Shown here piece after piece: positions 28,379-39,879 of a stretch of 64,000 nt of DNA (its first letter is position 1; every line of letters begins with the position of its first letter). Made by a program: the position numbers and the translations under genes. Source of the stretch: Microbotryum violaceum (Eukaryota); the NCBI GenBank assembly GCA_001244265.2, contig CDLV01000015.1, positions 372,001 through 436,000 on the forward strand, written 5' to 3'. Below the pieces are notes generated by a model. The model was not told the origin of the DNA. It ran no database searches and saw only the letters and a list, made by a program, of their open reading frames with translations.

Positions 28379-29641
28379 TCACTGCCCCAGAATCCTCCCG
28401 CCCATTCCCCAATCCTCCAATTCGAACCTCCTCTCCTCCCCACTCCACCTGACCTTCCCCGACCCCTTCTCAATTTCATACGCATCCCGTTCCACAAACA
28501 CCGCCCTCCCTTTCAGATCCCTCTTATCGACCATTAATACACTCTGTACCCTCGTACCGTACCAATACCCATTCCGACCCTCTGTCTTGTCCGGATCTTC
28601 GACTGAGGAAGGGAGAACTTCCGGAGAAGGGGCTTGTGTGTCGGGTGGGGCAGGGGTGAACGGCGTCGGTGTCGAGGGTAGTGGTGCGAGAGGGTTCATG
28701 AATATTGGGCGGACTAGAATGGTGTGGCGAAGGTGGGTGCGGTCGAGTAAGGGTGCAGGGTTCGCCGTGCTGTCGGGGAGAAAGAAAGATTCTTCACTGA
28801 TGAGCTCATCCCCAAGCCACCCTCCGCGTAAGCTAAGAAGCAGACAGACCTTAGTAACTGCCACGCCTTTTCCAACAATATGCCTTCATCCTCTTCGTCG
28901 TCCGAGATCAGCTCATCCAAAAGGGAACACCCGGCCTCGACCTTGGGCCATCTCGGCTCGGCTCGACTGGTCGGTTCCCATGTTGAATTGCTGACCGCAT
29001 CGGCTTGTGTTCCTCGACCACCAGTAATCCTTCTCCCAGGTTGTGCATCCCTATTACTCGTATAGAACATGCTCCAAACCCCTTTCCTCGACTCCCACTC
29101 AGCCACAACGAGGTTGAACCCCGCAAATTGATCCTTGGTCTCATCGAGCGTAGGCAGACGTTGATCGATTGTTGATTCCGTGTGTACGAGTACGTTCTTG
29201 ATGAGATGTCCTCGTGAGGGTCTTTTCTCTGCTTCAGTCGTGTGTGCCGGTTCGGTGAAATTGGTCAAGGTTGCGAAGCGGAGGCTGGCTGGAGGGCCGC
29301 CGGCAGGATCTTGATCGTCTTCGTCCGCGTGTGGGGTAATCGTGCTGGGGACCAAACTGAGGCCCCACCATCCCCCACCTGCTTCGAGGTCCAGTCCAGA
29401 GAGGACCGGGATCGAGGGTGAGAATTGGGTATGCCAAGCGGCTTTGGTCGTCGGTCGGGAGAGGAACTCGTCCCGGTTGCCGAGGATGATGCTGTGGAAG
29501 GTCAAGCGGGCCGAGGGGAGTGAGTCATGACGTGATGAGTGAGAGCTCCGTCAGTGCATGGAAAAAAATTGAGTGAGAGGTTGACTCGGTTGGAGGGGCT
29601 TACTGGTGCGTTTTGGTCTCTTTCCAAAATATGATACACAT
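28379..29641 (-). CDS. NRDE/TANGO2 family protein
   Basis: Start MCIIFW; NRDEFLSRPT, GLDLEAGG, LTNF, SRG, FAGFNL, WPKV and YGTRVQSV. Confidence 0.9.
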
Positions 29642-29786
29642 GGAGTAAGGAACGCACGAGCGCAGCGTGTTGGGAGAGAGAGAGAGTGCGTCAACTTGCG
29701 AAAGGCGCTGCAGGCAAGTTCTCCCTCCGACCGAACATCAAGGTCCTTCCAGCGAGGCGACCGGCCAAGTGAGGTCAAAGTCAAGC

Positions 29787-32015
29787 ATGTCAATCACACT
29801 TTCCTCACCGACCGCTGCACCTCGCTCTACCACCAAACGCTCCTCCACCCTCGCCGACCTAGCACTGCAGGACCCAACCTCCTCCCGCATCCGCCTCCTC
29901 CCCCCACATGCCCTCTCAGCAAAGTACACCCACTCGACCCCCTTGAGCGCGCACCATTCCTGCGTCAATGCGTTGGCCGTGTCGAATCTGGGTGGTCAAT
30001 GGCTGGCTAGTGGCGGTGATGACAAGAGGGTCTTGTTGTGGAGGGCCACCGCCGATTTGACCCAGGAGCAGCCGAGGGCGAGTTATATCGGGTCAGGGGT
30101 GCGTCACCGTTCACGTCATCACTACCGTCGGGTTTGATGGCGTCAGCATCTCAGTCGGAGATAGATTATTGGTCAATCAAAACGTGAATGATCCTCGATA
30201 TTTCTTCGCCACAGAGCAACATCTTCTCCATCGCCTTCTCGTGCGACGACCGCAAACTCTTCTGCGCCGGCAACGACCACAACGTTCGAATGTACGACCT
30301 CGAGGCGCACCCACCCTCAAGATCGAACGAGACGGAGCGAGGACATCGCGCTTCGAGGATGTGGGAGGCTCACGATGTGGGTCCATGAACTCTGCACTAC
30401 GGTGTGTCCGAGCGGCTAGGGACTAACATTCGGACCCGTTCACCCCCGCAAACTCTTCCAATCAGGATGCCGTCCATCGGGTCAGGTGCCATCCAATGAA
30501 CCCGGATCTCTTCATGTCGGCCTCGTAAGCCTGTCGAACCCACTTCAAGGACGTCATTGCTTGTAGCTACTGATACCACTTCGCTGAGGCCTGCACAGCG
30601 ACGATGGCATCCTCAATTCTTACGATCTACGCGTCCCTGGAGGCAGAGTCAACGTCGGGGTCGTCAACGTGCTCGGCGACCCAACTGCTGAACTGTGCGA
30701 CGTCGCCTACCACCCTCAGCAGCCGGATACCTTGTTCGCGACCGCCAACAGTCGAGGAGCTCTCTTGCTGCACGACACGAGGATGACGACGAGCCCTACC
30801 TACCTGCTGACCAAAACATTTGCCGTTCAAGAGGTCAGTCTCACACCCTCTTGGCTGAACATTGCCTTTCCCTCATTGTCTCACCCAGCGACTTCTTCGC
30901 GCAGTTCCACTCGAACCTCATTCGATATGTATCGGGTTCCAACACAACCGCCTCCGTGGAAACGGCATCCCCATCCATCTCTTCCATCTCCTTCTCTCCC
31001 AACGGCTCGCTCCTCTCGGCCACCTTGACCGGCTATCTGCCGACGTTTTACGAGATCTCTTCTCCTCTGCCGTTGTTCACCGTATCTTCACCACCTCCAC
31101 CTGCCACTGAGGTCACCTCCTCATCCCGAACTCTCGAAGACACTATTCCCATGTATCGCAATGGTGTCACAGTCAAGCACGGTGGCTTTGGAGGGGACGA
31201 ATCGGGAGGGGGTGCGCTGAGATACGCCGAAGGTTCGGACGACTTTCGTGTCTATGTGTGGGACCTGCCCAAATCGTACGAGGATTTCAAGGCGCAACGT
31301 AAAACGTGGCAAGAAGGAGAACAGATGCCTGAAGGCGTGGATGATGCGCAGGCCCGAGTCGGTGAGTGGACTTCATATCTCCGATGACAAAACAAGGAGC
31401 TCGAACAACGTGCTTTACCCAACCTCACCAGCGTTCCGAGGTTCGAATCCCGACTCGTCTCGAACTATCGTCCCAAGTATTTCGATCCCTTCTTCGATCT
31501 TGGACCCTCATCGTTCCATCGTCAACTCGTGCCTGTTCCACCCGACCCTGCCCCTCCTCTTCACAAGCGGCGTCGAAAAAACCATCTGGGCGCATTCCCC
31601 CTACCCCTTCTCCGAATCGATCTACCCCGTCCCTCGAACTCGTCGAAAGCCCAATCCCGTCGTTTCATGGCTGGCGATGATGTCCCCCGTTTTCGAGAGG
31701 GTTGTGGAGAATGAGAGTCAGGAGGAAAAGGAGAGGAGGTTAAGAGCGGAGGATAGGGAGGTATTGGAATATTTTGACGCAATTGCGATTGGGGACAGGG
31801 AGATTTGGAGGAGTGCGAAGTTGGGGAGTAATGAGGAGGAAGAGGAGGAGGATGATGATGATGATGAGGAGGAGGATGAGGAGGAGGAGGAGGATAGTGA
31901 AGAAGAGTTTGCAGATGAGCTCGCACACTCCGAGGAAGACGCCGATGAGGACTTGGAGGAGCAGCTTGTCGTACAGGACTCGGACTCGGGCGTCGACCCA
32001 GACGAATACCCTTAA
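29787..32015 (+). CDS. WD40-repeat protein, DCAF5/DCAF8-like, acidic C-terminus
   Basis: HHSCVNAL...LASGGDDKRVLLW, SNIFSIAF, GSDDFRVYVW and HRSIVNSCLFHP...SGVEK. Confidence 0.85.
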
Positions 32016-33331
32016 TCGATCAACGATGGCCATGTATTCGGCTTGTACAATTTCTCGTATGTACACTTTGTATTTGCTTGCATTCTGCATCATAATTCGT
32101 CTTCGTATTCGGAGATTCACGCTGGCGTTCGGAGGGAAGCGAAGAACAGTCGCCCTGAAAAGTATCCGCTCGCGAGAAGATTTCCGCGGAGATCCGAGGT
32201 TTCGGTGATCAATCTACGGGGTTGCAGAGACTCTACAGATGACCTGTAAAAGCTCACAATCCAGACCAATGTTTCCCGAAGCTCTTTGTGGTACCATATC
32301 TCAGTCACCTACTGTGGCGAAGCATCGAGCTGTGAGGTTGAGAACTTGAGGATTTCAAGGAGTTGGTCCGCGGGTGAAGCTGCTTCGTCCGGCATCGTTA
32401 GCTCGCGGTGACCCGGCAAGACGACCTGCGCAATCTCGCTTCGGTTCTGGATGCCTACGCACAAACGCACGCCACGACAGCCTCGATTCGTTTCTTTCAA
32501 ACAGGAAATGTCAGAGAGAGGGTAGCCTCAAGCTACGCCAGTTTTGCGGACACGGAGCCCCGTCGATGGGGACCCCATCGGATTCCGACTCGCGAGTCGC
32601 GACTGCTCGGAATCTCGATCACGCAAAACGACTTTGGTGCGGAGGATAGATAGCGCGGCTTGAATCGATAATGATGGTGTGCTCTGGCATATGGCCACCG
32701 GGTTTGGACTTAGACGGGCCCCATTGGAATCTCGCGCAGGTTCCATGTAGCTTCCCGCATTTGCGCTGTATGGGCATACCGTATGGCCTCGAGGTGGACA
32801 TCTCATAGTCACGCTATGGCGAACCGTATAGGTTTGATAGAAATGAATTTCATGGAAGCCAGGTGGATACGCTGCAGAGCCTTTGCGGTCACCAACGTAG
32901 GCCCGGCATGGATTCCTTGTGGCGGCCGCCAAATACAAGATCATCCTGAAACGGTACACCCGATAGTCTCATTGGTCCCAGGTGGTCGGGAACTCTCGGC
33001 GATGAGAGATCTTGGATGCACAGCACGTCCGGAGCCGAAATTCGTGGCCCCTGGGTGCCTTTCGGTGAAGATGGTCACAGGCCGACTCCGACGAATGGCC
33101 GCTTGGCCGAAAGTTCCGCTCCGCCAGGCACCTCCAGGCACTGCCAAACACTTCGCCCCGGCGTGTCAAAGGCGAGGCCGCGCGCCTCAGCCTGATTAGC
33201 CTCGCCTTTTCCCCGCTAGGCCGCTCCACGCCGTCGCCTCGCTGACTCGCTCGCTCGCTCTCTCCAACCTAACCACAACCCCTTTGCCGCGACGCAACCC
33301 TCTCTCCTCGGCGAGTTTCCCCCCCTCGTGC

Positions 33332-36300
33332 ATGGCAACAACCGCATCCGTTTTGGATCGCGTACTGATGAGTTCGAGCTACGCTTCGCTACCAGGCTCG
33401 CCGTCGACGTTGCCCATGGCGTCGTCGACCTCGTCATCGCCGTCGACGTCGCTCAAGCTGCCATCGCAGCAACCGCCGGCGCCGCTGCAGCCCCAGCCTC
33501 ATCACCACTACCAGCCTCATCCGCAGGCTGGGCCTTCCCACCACCACCACCCGACGCCGATGACCGCTCACCTCGGCGCGCCCTACGCCGACCCACTCGG
33601 TCACCCGACAGCATCGTCATTACCTTCGACTTCAATGTCAATGGATCATCACCACGGTGACCCGATCCACGATGTTGGCGCCATGTCGGCGTCGTCATCC
33701 CTGCCTCGGCTCGACTCGGCGGGACACACGCTCGACCAGTCGGTCACCGCCGCGTCCCTGACCGTCGACAAGGCCTCGATCCCGCGCCCTTACCAATGCC
33801 CCTTGTGCTCGAGGGCGTTCTATCGACTCGAACATCAGACGAGACATCTCCGGACGCATACAGGTATGTTTTCTCCCCCCAAACCCGATTGTCTTGCTAA
33901 GCCAGTGAGCGGAGATTGGTCGACGGTTGTGCCCGTCCGTACTGGGGAACGCGGAAGCTGCACGTTATCGCCATTTCGACACTACCACCCTTCGGTGGGC
34001 CTTCGTTGCGAGTCGCGTCTCCGCGCTTTCCCGACCAAGGCTCACTCTGCACGCCGCATCCGAGGCCTAGGCTTGAAGAGTTTGGACCTGGTGGTAGACT
34101 GTTGGTCAGCTTTGCCTGGCCTTCTTTCTGAACTGAAGTTCGACTCCCCGGCCACGGCGGGGCGAACGGGTTCTCCATTGTCGGAGCCTCCTAGGCACTC
34201 GAGCGCGCGCGCCGACCGATGACTGGGTCGAAACGTTATTCACGCTCCAAAAATCACGCAGGAGCGGCGCGGATCAGGAAGACGGAGGCGGAGGGTCGCC
34301 GAGGACCCTGCATTCCCATGTGGCATTCGGCGATGAACACTGCCCACGATCCATGACGGGGACTGATCCATGTTACTACTATATATGCTTCTTCTGTACA
34401 GGCGAGAAACCGTTCAAGTGCGACCACCCAGGGTGAGTTTCAAACTCGATCCCGCTCTCCCCAGATCGCGATCGCACATTCGCCTGTGGCCTTGTCGGTC
34501 GTCGTTAAACGACACGCATGGCTCGGAGCTCCGGTCGTTTTTAGCGCCGAGCGAGCCGCTTAGCGTGGGGGACCAGGGGGCCACAGCGGAGCGAAAGCCT
34601 GAAACGTGGTCCAGAGCTGATTCCCCCCGTTCTTCTCATTCTTATCGTGATTGTCTTCTTACAGGTGCGAGAAGCGATTTTCTCGGTCCGATGAGTTGAC
34701 GCGGCATGTGAGGATTCATTCCACCGATCGGGGCAAGAAGAAGGCGGCGGCTCAGGCAGCGGCGGCCGCAGCGATCGCTGCCGCTGGCGGGGTGCCTTCC
34801 TCATCTTCGAATGGTGGAGCATCGACAAGTACGAGTGGGGTTTCGACCCCGAGCAAGAGATCGACGAACTCGACGCCGACGACGAGTCGCCCGCATTCGC
34901 CAACCGAGGACGAGGGATCGCCCGAACCCCCTCAACGACTACCGCCGCCGCCAGCGCACCCGGCCTATGGACCTCCAATGATGGGCTATGTTAGTACTGT
35001 GACCCATTCTGTGAGATATGAGAGATACATCGCTGACCTTGTTCTTTTTGCGTGTATTTCTCGCTCACAGCCTTACGGATACGCCCCCCCACCGCCGGGT
35101 TACCCGGCCTACTATGGCCAGATGCCGATGTACGCCTATCCTTACGGCCCACCACCGCCGCAACACTATCCTCCGCCGGCGCCGCATTACCCACCGCTCG
35201 GCTATGGGTTCTCTCTGCCGCCTCAGCATTCTCAGCAACAGTCTCACCATCCTCAGCACCCCCAACACGCTCCGCAGCAGTCGCACCCTCAACAGCAACA
35301 GCAGCAACAACAGCAACAGCAGCAACAACAGCAACAGCAAGCACCGCATGCTCCTCTTCCTCTGCCGGCATCGACAGAACAACCGCGCCCTTTGAATGCG
35401 TTGGCTTTGGCTGCAGCGAGCGGATTGCACGAGATGGAGCGCGAGCGGGAGATTGCAACGCAGCGGGAAAAGGACAGTAAGAACAACTCGCCGTACGGGT
35501 CGTACGATCCTGGGGCCTACTGGCCGCAGTACCCGGGGCAGGCACCACTGCACTATCCTTTGCCGATGCAGCAGCCTCAAGCGATGCCGCCGCCGCCGCC
35601 GCCGCACCAGCAACATCAGCACCATCAGCAACAACAGCAGCAGCAGCAACCGACCGTGCACTCGAACCTCGTTCCGTCTAGTGAGGACCACAAATCCCAA
35701 GTTGGCGCATCGAGCTCGTCGTCCTCTTCCCATGCAGGTCCAAGACGGCACCGTCCGTCCCACGGCACGCATTCGCACCCTCATCTGCCGCACCCGAGCT
35801 TACCTCACAACGACGATACCGCGGCACGACATTCATACTCGCACGATGCGTCGCACCCGGCGCAACACTCTTCGTTCTCGCGCCTGCAACACCGACATAC
35901 GTACTCGCCGTACGCGACGGCGGCCTCGACGGACCATTCGCGGGCCACAAGTCCGGCACACAGCCATTCTGATGGCGAATCGGATGACGGGCGGCCGACG
36001 ACGGGCCTCGCTACGGTTCCCGGGTCGGGTCACCAGCACGCGATGGGCCAACTGCAGCAGGCGCTGGCATACCACGCGCAGCCGTCAACGAGCCCCGTGC
36101 TTGGCCCGCTTAAGGGCCTGACGTTGATGAGCGCCGCTGCGAGTCGAGCTGGTTCGAGACATCAGTCTCGCGCGAGCAGTCCCGTCCACCTCGCCCCTTT
36201 GCACCTTCCACCTTCGCTAGAGCGGATCGCCAACGGCGCGGGGATGCTGCGGCCCGACGGGACGCCGTTCTTGCCCGAAGGTTCGACGCCGAACAGCCCC

Positions 36301-36837
36301 GAGAATCGAGGGCATGGCCAGATTCCGTCGAACCACCATTCGCCGGCGCCGATGCCGACGATCAACCGGTCCGGCGGGTCGACGAGCTCCAACTCGAGTT
36401 ACGGCAGTCCTGCGATCCCGAGCCACCTCGCTGCGGCCGCGTCGAACCAACAGACGACGTTGCCGAGTCTGGGCTCCTTGGGTGCGATGCTCAACCACCA
36501 ATCAAGCAACAGCAACAACCAGAACAGCCAGAATAGTAGCAACGTCGGGTCCGCAGGTTCATCAACCTTTTTCCCCAAGTCGTCGTCGTCGTCGTCGCAA
36601 GCCGCCTCGCCGCTCGGAGGCGGATTCGATCACTCGTCACAGCCTGGGTCGCATCCCTCGTCGACGTCCAACTCAAACTCGGCCAGCTCGGACTCGCTCG
36701 CTGCGATGGGCAACGCGAGCGCCAGCCACTCGAACTACCCGCGATCCGGGTTCACGCTTTCTCCCCTTCATACTGCGAGCAATTGTCAACAGCAACAGCA
36801 GCAAGGGCCCGGAGGGAGCGATGCCATGGAGATCTGA
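33332..36837 (+). CDS. creA: C2H2 carbon catabolite repressor CreA/Cre1/Mig1
   Basis: [56 protein letters not shown] across introns 33864-34401 and 34433-34664; [10 protein letters not shown] motif. Confidence 0.9.
35290..35340 (+). repeat. CAA/CAG polyglutamine microsatellite within creA
   Basis: Run of 17 Gln codons. Confidence 0.9.
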
Positions 36838-37369
36838 TTGAACAATTGTTTCCGTGCCTGTGCGCGCGTGTATGGCTATTCGAGGAGGCGCTTGTGCGCT
36901 TGACGAGGATACCCCTTGACATCCCTGTTCCCTGTTTCATTATAACGTTTCGGCATTGCCCGCCCCTCTATTGTTCCCCCACCCCCCCATTCTCCATTCT
37001 CCCTCCCTCCTCTCTCCTTCTCTTCGTACGGTCTCGTCTGTCACAAGTTGTTTAGCATATCATAGACGGATATATTCTTTAAGCAGTATATCCCACCCAC
37101 TCACCGTCGCTCTACTGAGTTCGATGCGCTAAGTGCTGCACGGAGCGAAGAGTCACGTGCGGCCATCAGCGCTCATCCGGTCATCGTCTGTCATCATGTG
37201 AGCCGGCTCGGCATCGCGGCAGATCGCGGCTCGCGGTGCTCTTGGCCTCCTGCTGTCCTGCCACGCTGTCTCCTCCTCCCCCGCCGTCTTCGCTCTAGTG
37301 AGGTCTTGTTCGCTCTCCATGACCGCCTCACCCAGTCTCTGCTGGTAACCCTCCACGCGGGTCTCGAAA

Positions 37370-39346
37370 ATGTCGAGATCATCTCCCTCAGCACCACCGC
37401 CGGGCACAGTTTCGTACCACGAGCCATCGATCCCTCGCCTCTTGACGCTATCCTCGCTCATCTACCTCTTGCAAGTCGCTCGATCGGTGGCAAACGCGAT
37501 CTTCGGTGCTGGTCTATTGGGCGAGATCATGATTGGCGTTATCTATGGGCCTGTAGCCAAGATTTTGCCTATCGAATGGGAAGAGACAATTTTGATGTTG
37601 GGTTACCTCGGCCTTGTGTTGATCGTCTTTGGTATGTCATGAACACGGCACAGCTCTTTCCTCCATTCCTTATCAGGTAATTAATCTCATCTCATGCCTA
37701 ACGCTGTAGAAGGAGGCCTGGACATCAGGCTCTCGTTGTTCGTACCGGCGCTCCCGTTATCGACGATCGCAGCATTACTTGGCATCCTTACTCCCCTCGC
37801 CTTCACCTTCGCGCTATTCCAAGCCTTCGGATACCCAGCACTTCACGCCTTCACAGCAGGATCTGCACTGGCTTCCACCTCATTGGGGACGACGTTCTAT
37901 GTCCTCAGAGCACAGTCGACGCCGGCTGCGAGGACAGGTCAAAATGTGGGGTCGCTTGAACCGCCTCCTGATTTGGCCGAGACGAGGATTGGAGTGACAT
38001 TGCAAGCTGCGGCTTTGATTGATGATGTCGTTGCGTTGGTATTACTGGTAAGCACAATCCTATGTTGCAGCCTTGAACTTGAGCTTAAGCATAACCCAAG
38101 TTATCCCCATCATCGCAGGCGGTTATCGTCTCGCTCGCAAAATCTCAAGACAACACCTCGAACCTAGGATGGACGATCGGTCGACCTCTCCTCGCCTCCA
38201 TCGCCATGGTCCTTGTCATACCTTCTTTGGGTTTGTTTGTCGCTCGTCCTCTATTTCGGAAGTGGCTCGAGGCCCCGGTCGAAAATGTCGGGAGGGATGC
38301 AGAATTGTCCCTCGGGATGGTCGTGCTTTCGGGGTTTCTCGCTATGTGAGTGATGCTTTCGATGAGTCCAGTTAAGAAACAGCGAGTGATGACTGATACC
38401 AGCACTGCTCCCATTTATCTACAGTGCCTACTATGCCGGTACAACGATGCTCCTCGGTGCCTACCTCGCCGGCGTCTTTCTCCATTCCCTCCCTTCCCCT
38501 ACCTCGACCGTCGATTTTCAGTGCACCTACTCAACCTGGGTCGGCCCTCTCCAAAAGCATCTCTTCGCGCCCTTCTTTTTCGCTTCGATCGGGTTCTCGA
38601 TCCCTTTTCTGCAGATGTGGAGAGGGAGGATTGTCTGGAGGGGAATTGTGTATGCGGTTTTGATGGCACTGGGGAAAGGATTGATCGGGATGACCGTCAT
38701 CATTCAGGATACGCTTTGGCCTCCGACAGCACTCGGGTCCGCAAAGAGGTACGCGCAAGAGGAAGAGAGAAATTCGAAGGAGCCAGCGGTAGGAGGGATA
38801 TGGTCCCGAATTTCTGGCAAGCTTGATGCCGTTGATGCGGAGAAGGACAAGCCCGTAGTCATCGCCATGTCGTCGGCGGCTGAACGCAATAGGGCGGGGC
38901 ACGTACATCCTCTCACACCAATCTCTACTCGAGGAGCGACAAACGATCACAAATCAACAGCTCTGCCGTCGGACATCTCGTCATCGACCCAAGTCGTCTC
39001 TCCATCCATCACGACGTCAGCGACCCTCGTCGCTCCACCACCAAGTCGAAAGTCCTCGAGTCCTCGAATCACCTCATTATTACACGATACCTTACCCGCC
39101 GCTGCCTTCCTGGGCGTAGGCCTCATCGCGCGAGGTGAGATCGGCGTGCTGATTTTACAAAGCGCGATAAACTCTTCCTTCTCTTCAGGAAGTGCAAAGA
39201 TGTTAGGCGAAGAAACTTATCTCGTTGCTGTGTGGGCCGTGGGGTTGTGTACGATCGGGGGTCCTGTTGGGATGGGGTGGGTGTGTAGGAGGTTTGGGGC
39301 CAGACTCGTGGAGGGCCCTTGGGGCGCGGGCGGCAGAGGTCTATGA
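37370..39346 (+). CDS. Sodium/hydrogen exchanger family (CPA2-type) antiporter, multi-exon
   Basis: GLLGEIMIGVIYG, LIVFEGGL, TSLGTTF, AALIDDVVAL, LLGAYLAG, PFFFASIGF and ARGEIG. Confidence 0.87.
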
Positions 39347-39879
39347 AGTATGGGCTAGAGGGTGGAACTGATGTTTAATCAAGGTCTAGGGGTCAGTAAT
39401 TTGTCTGTTTGGATCGCGCATTCCGCATAATACTTGATATGTTGTAATTCACCTGATCGTTGCCGTTGAGTGAAGCCGCACCGACCGGAGTAAGGATATG
39501 GACGGCGTCGAAGCTTGGGTATCAGATAGGCAATCTCGAGCTCCTAATTGAATATCTCCGAAAGGCTGCTGATGTTGCAGGGATCGCCGGAACCCGCCTT
39601 CTTCCGAGTCCAGTCTTGGGGCTTGGGTCTTTCTCTGTCAGTCCATATGGGTCCGTCTTGTTGTCAGCCCTATCTTCGCAGCAGAGATACTACGTGGGCG
39701 TGGGCCAAGCTAATCGTCTTGGTTCCAGAAATGCCAAGCCGGTCCAATGCCGGTCCATGGCGCGCGCCACAGCGGAAACCGCGCCCGACTGGACTTGTTC
39801 ACTTTGGCTTCTGGCGCACACCTCTCTTCTCGCTCGCCGCTCGGTCTTCCTTCGTGTGTGCAGTGTGGGCAAGGAAACG

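Noticed and set aside
35065-35793. Antisense ORFs with poly-Leu/poly-Cys
   Set aside because: Shadows of the creA CAG/CAA polyQ tracts
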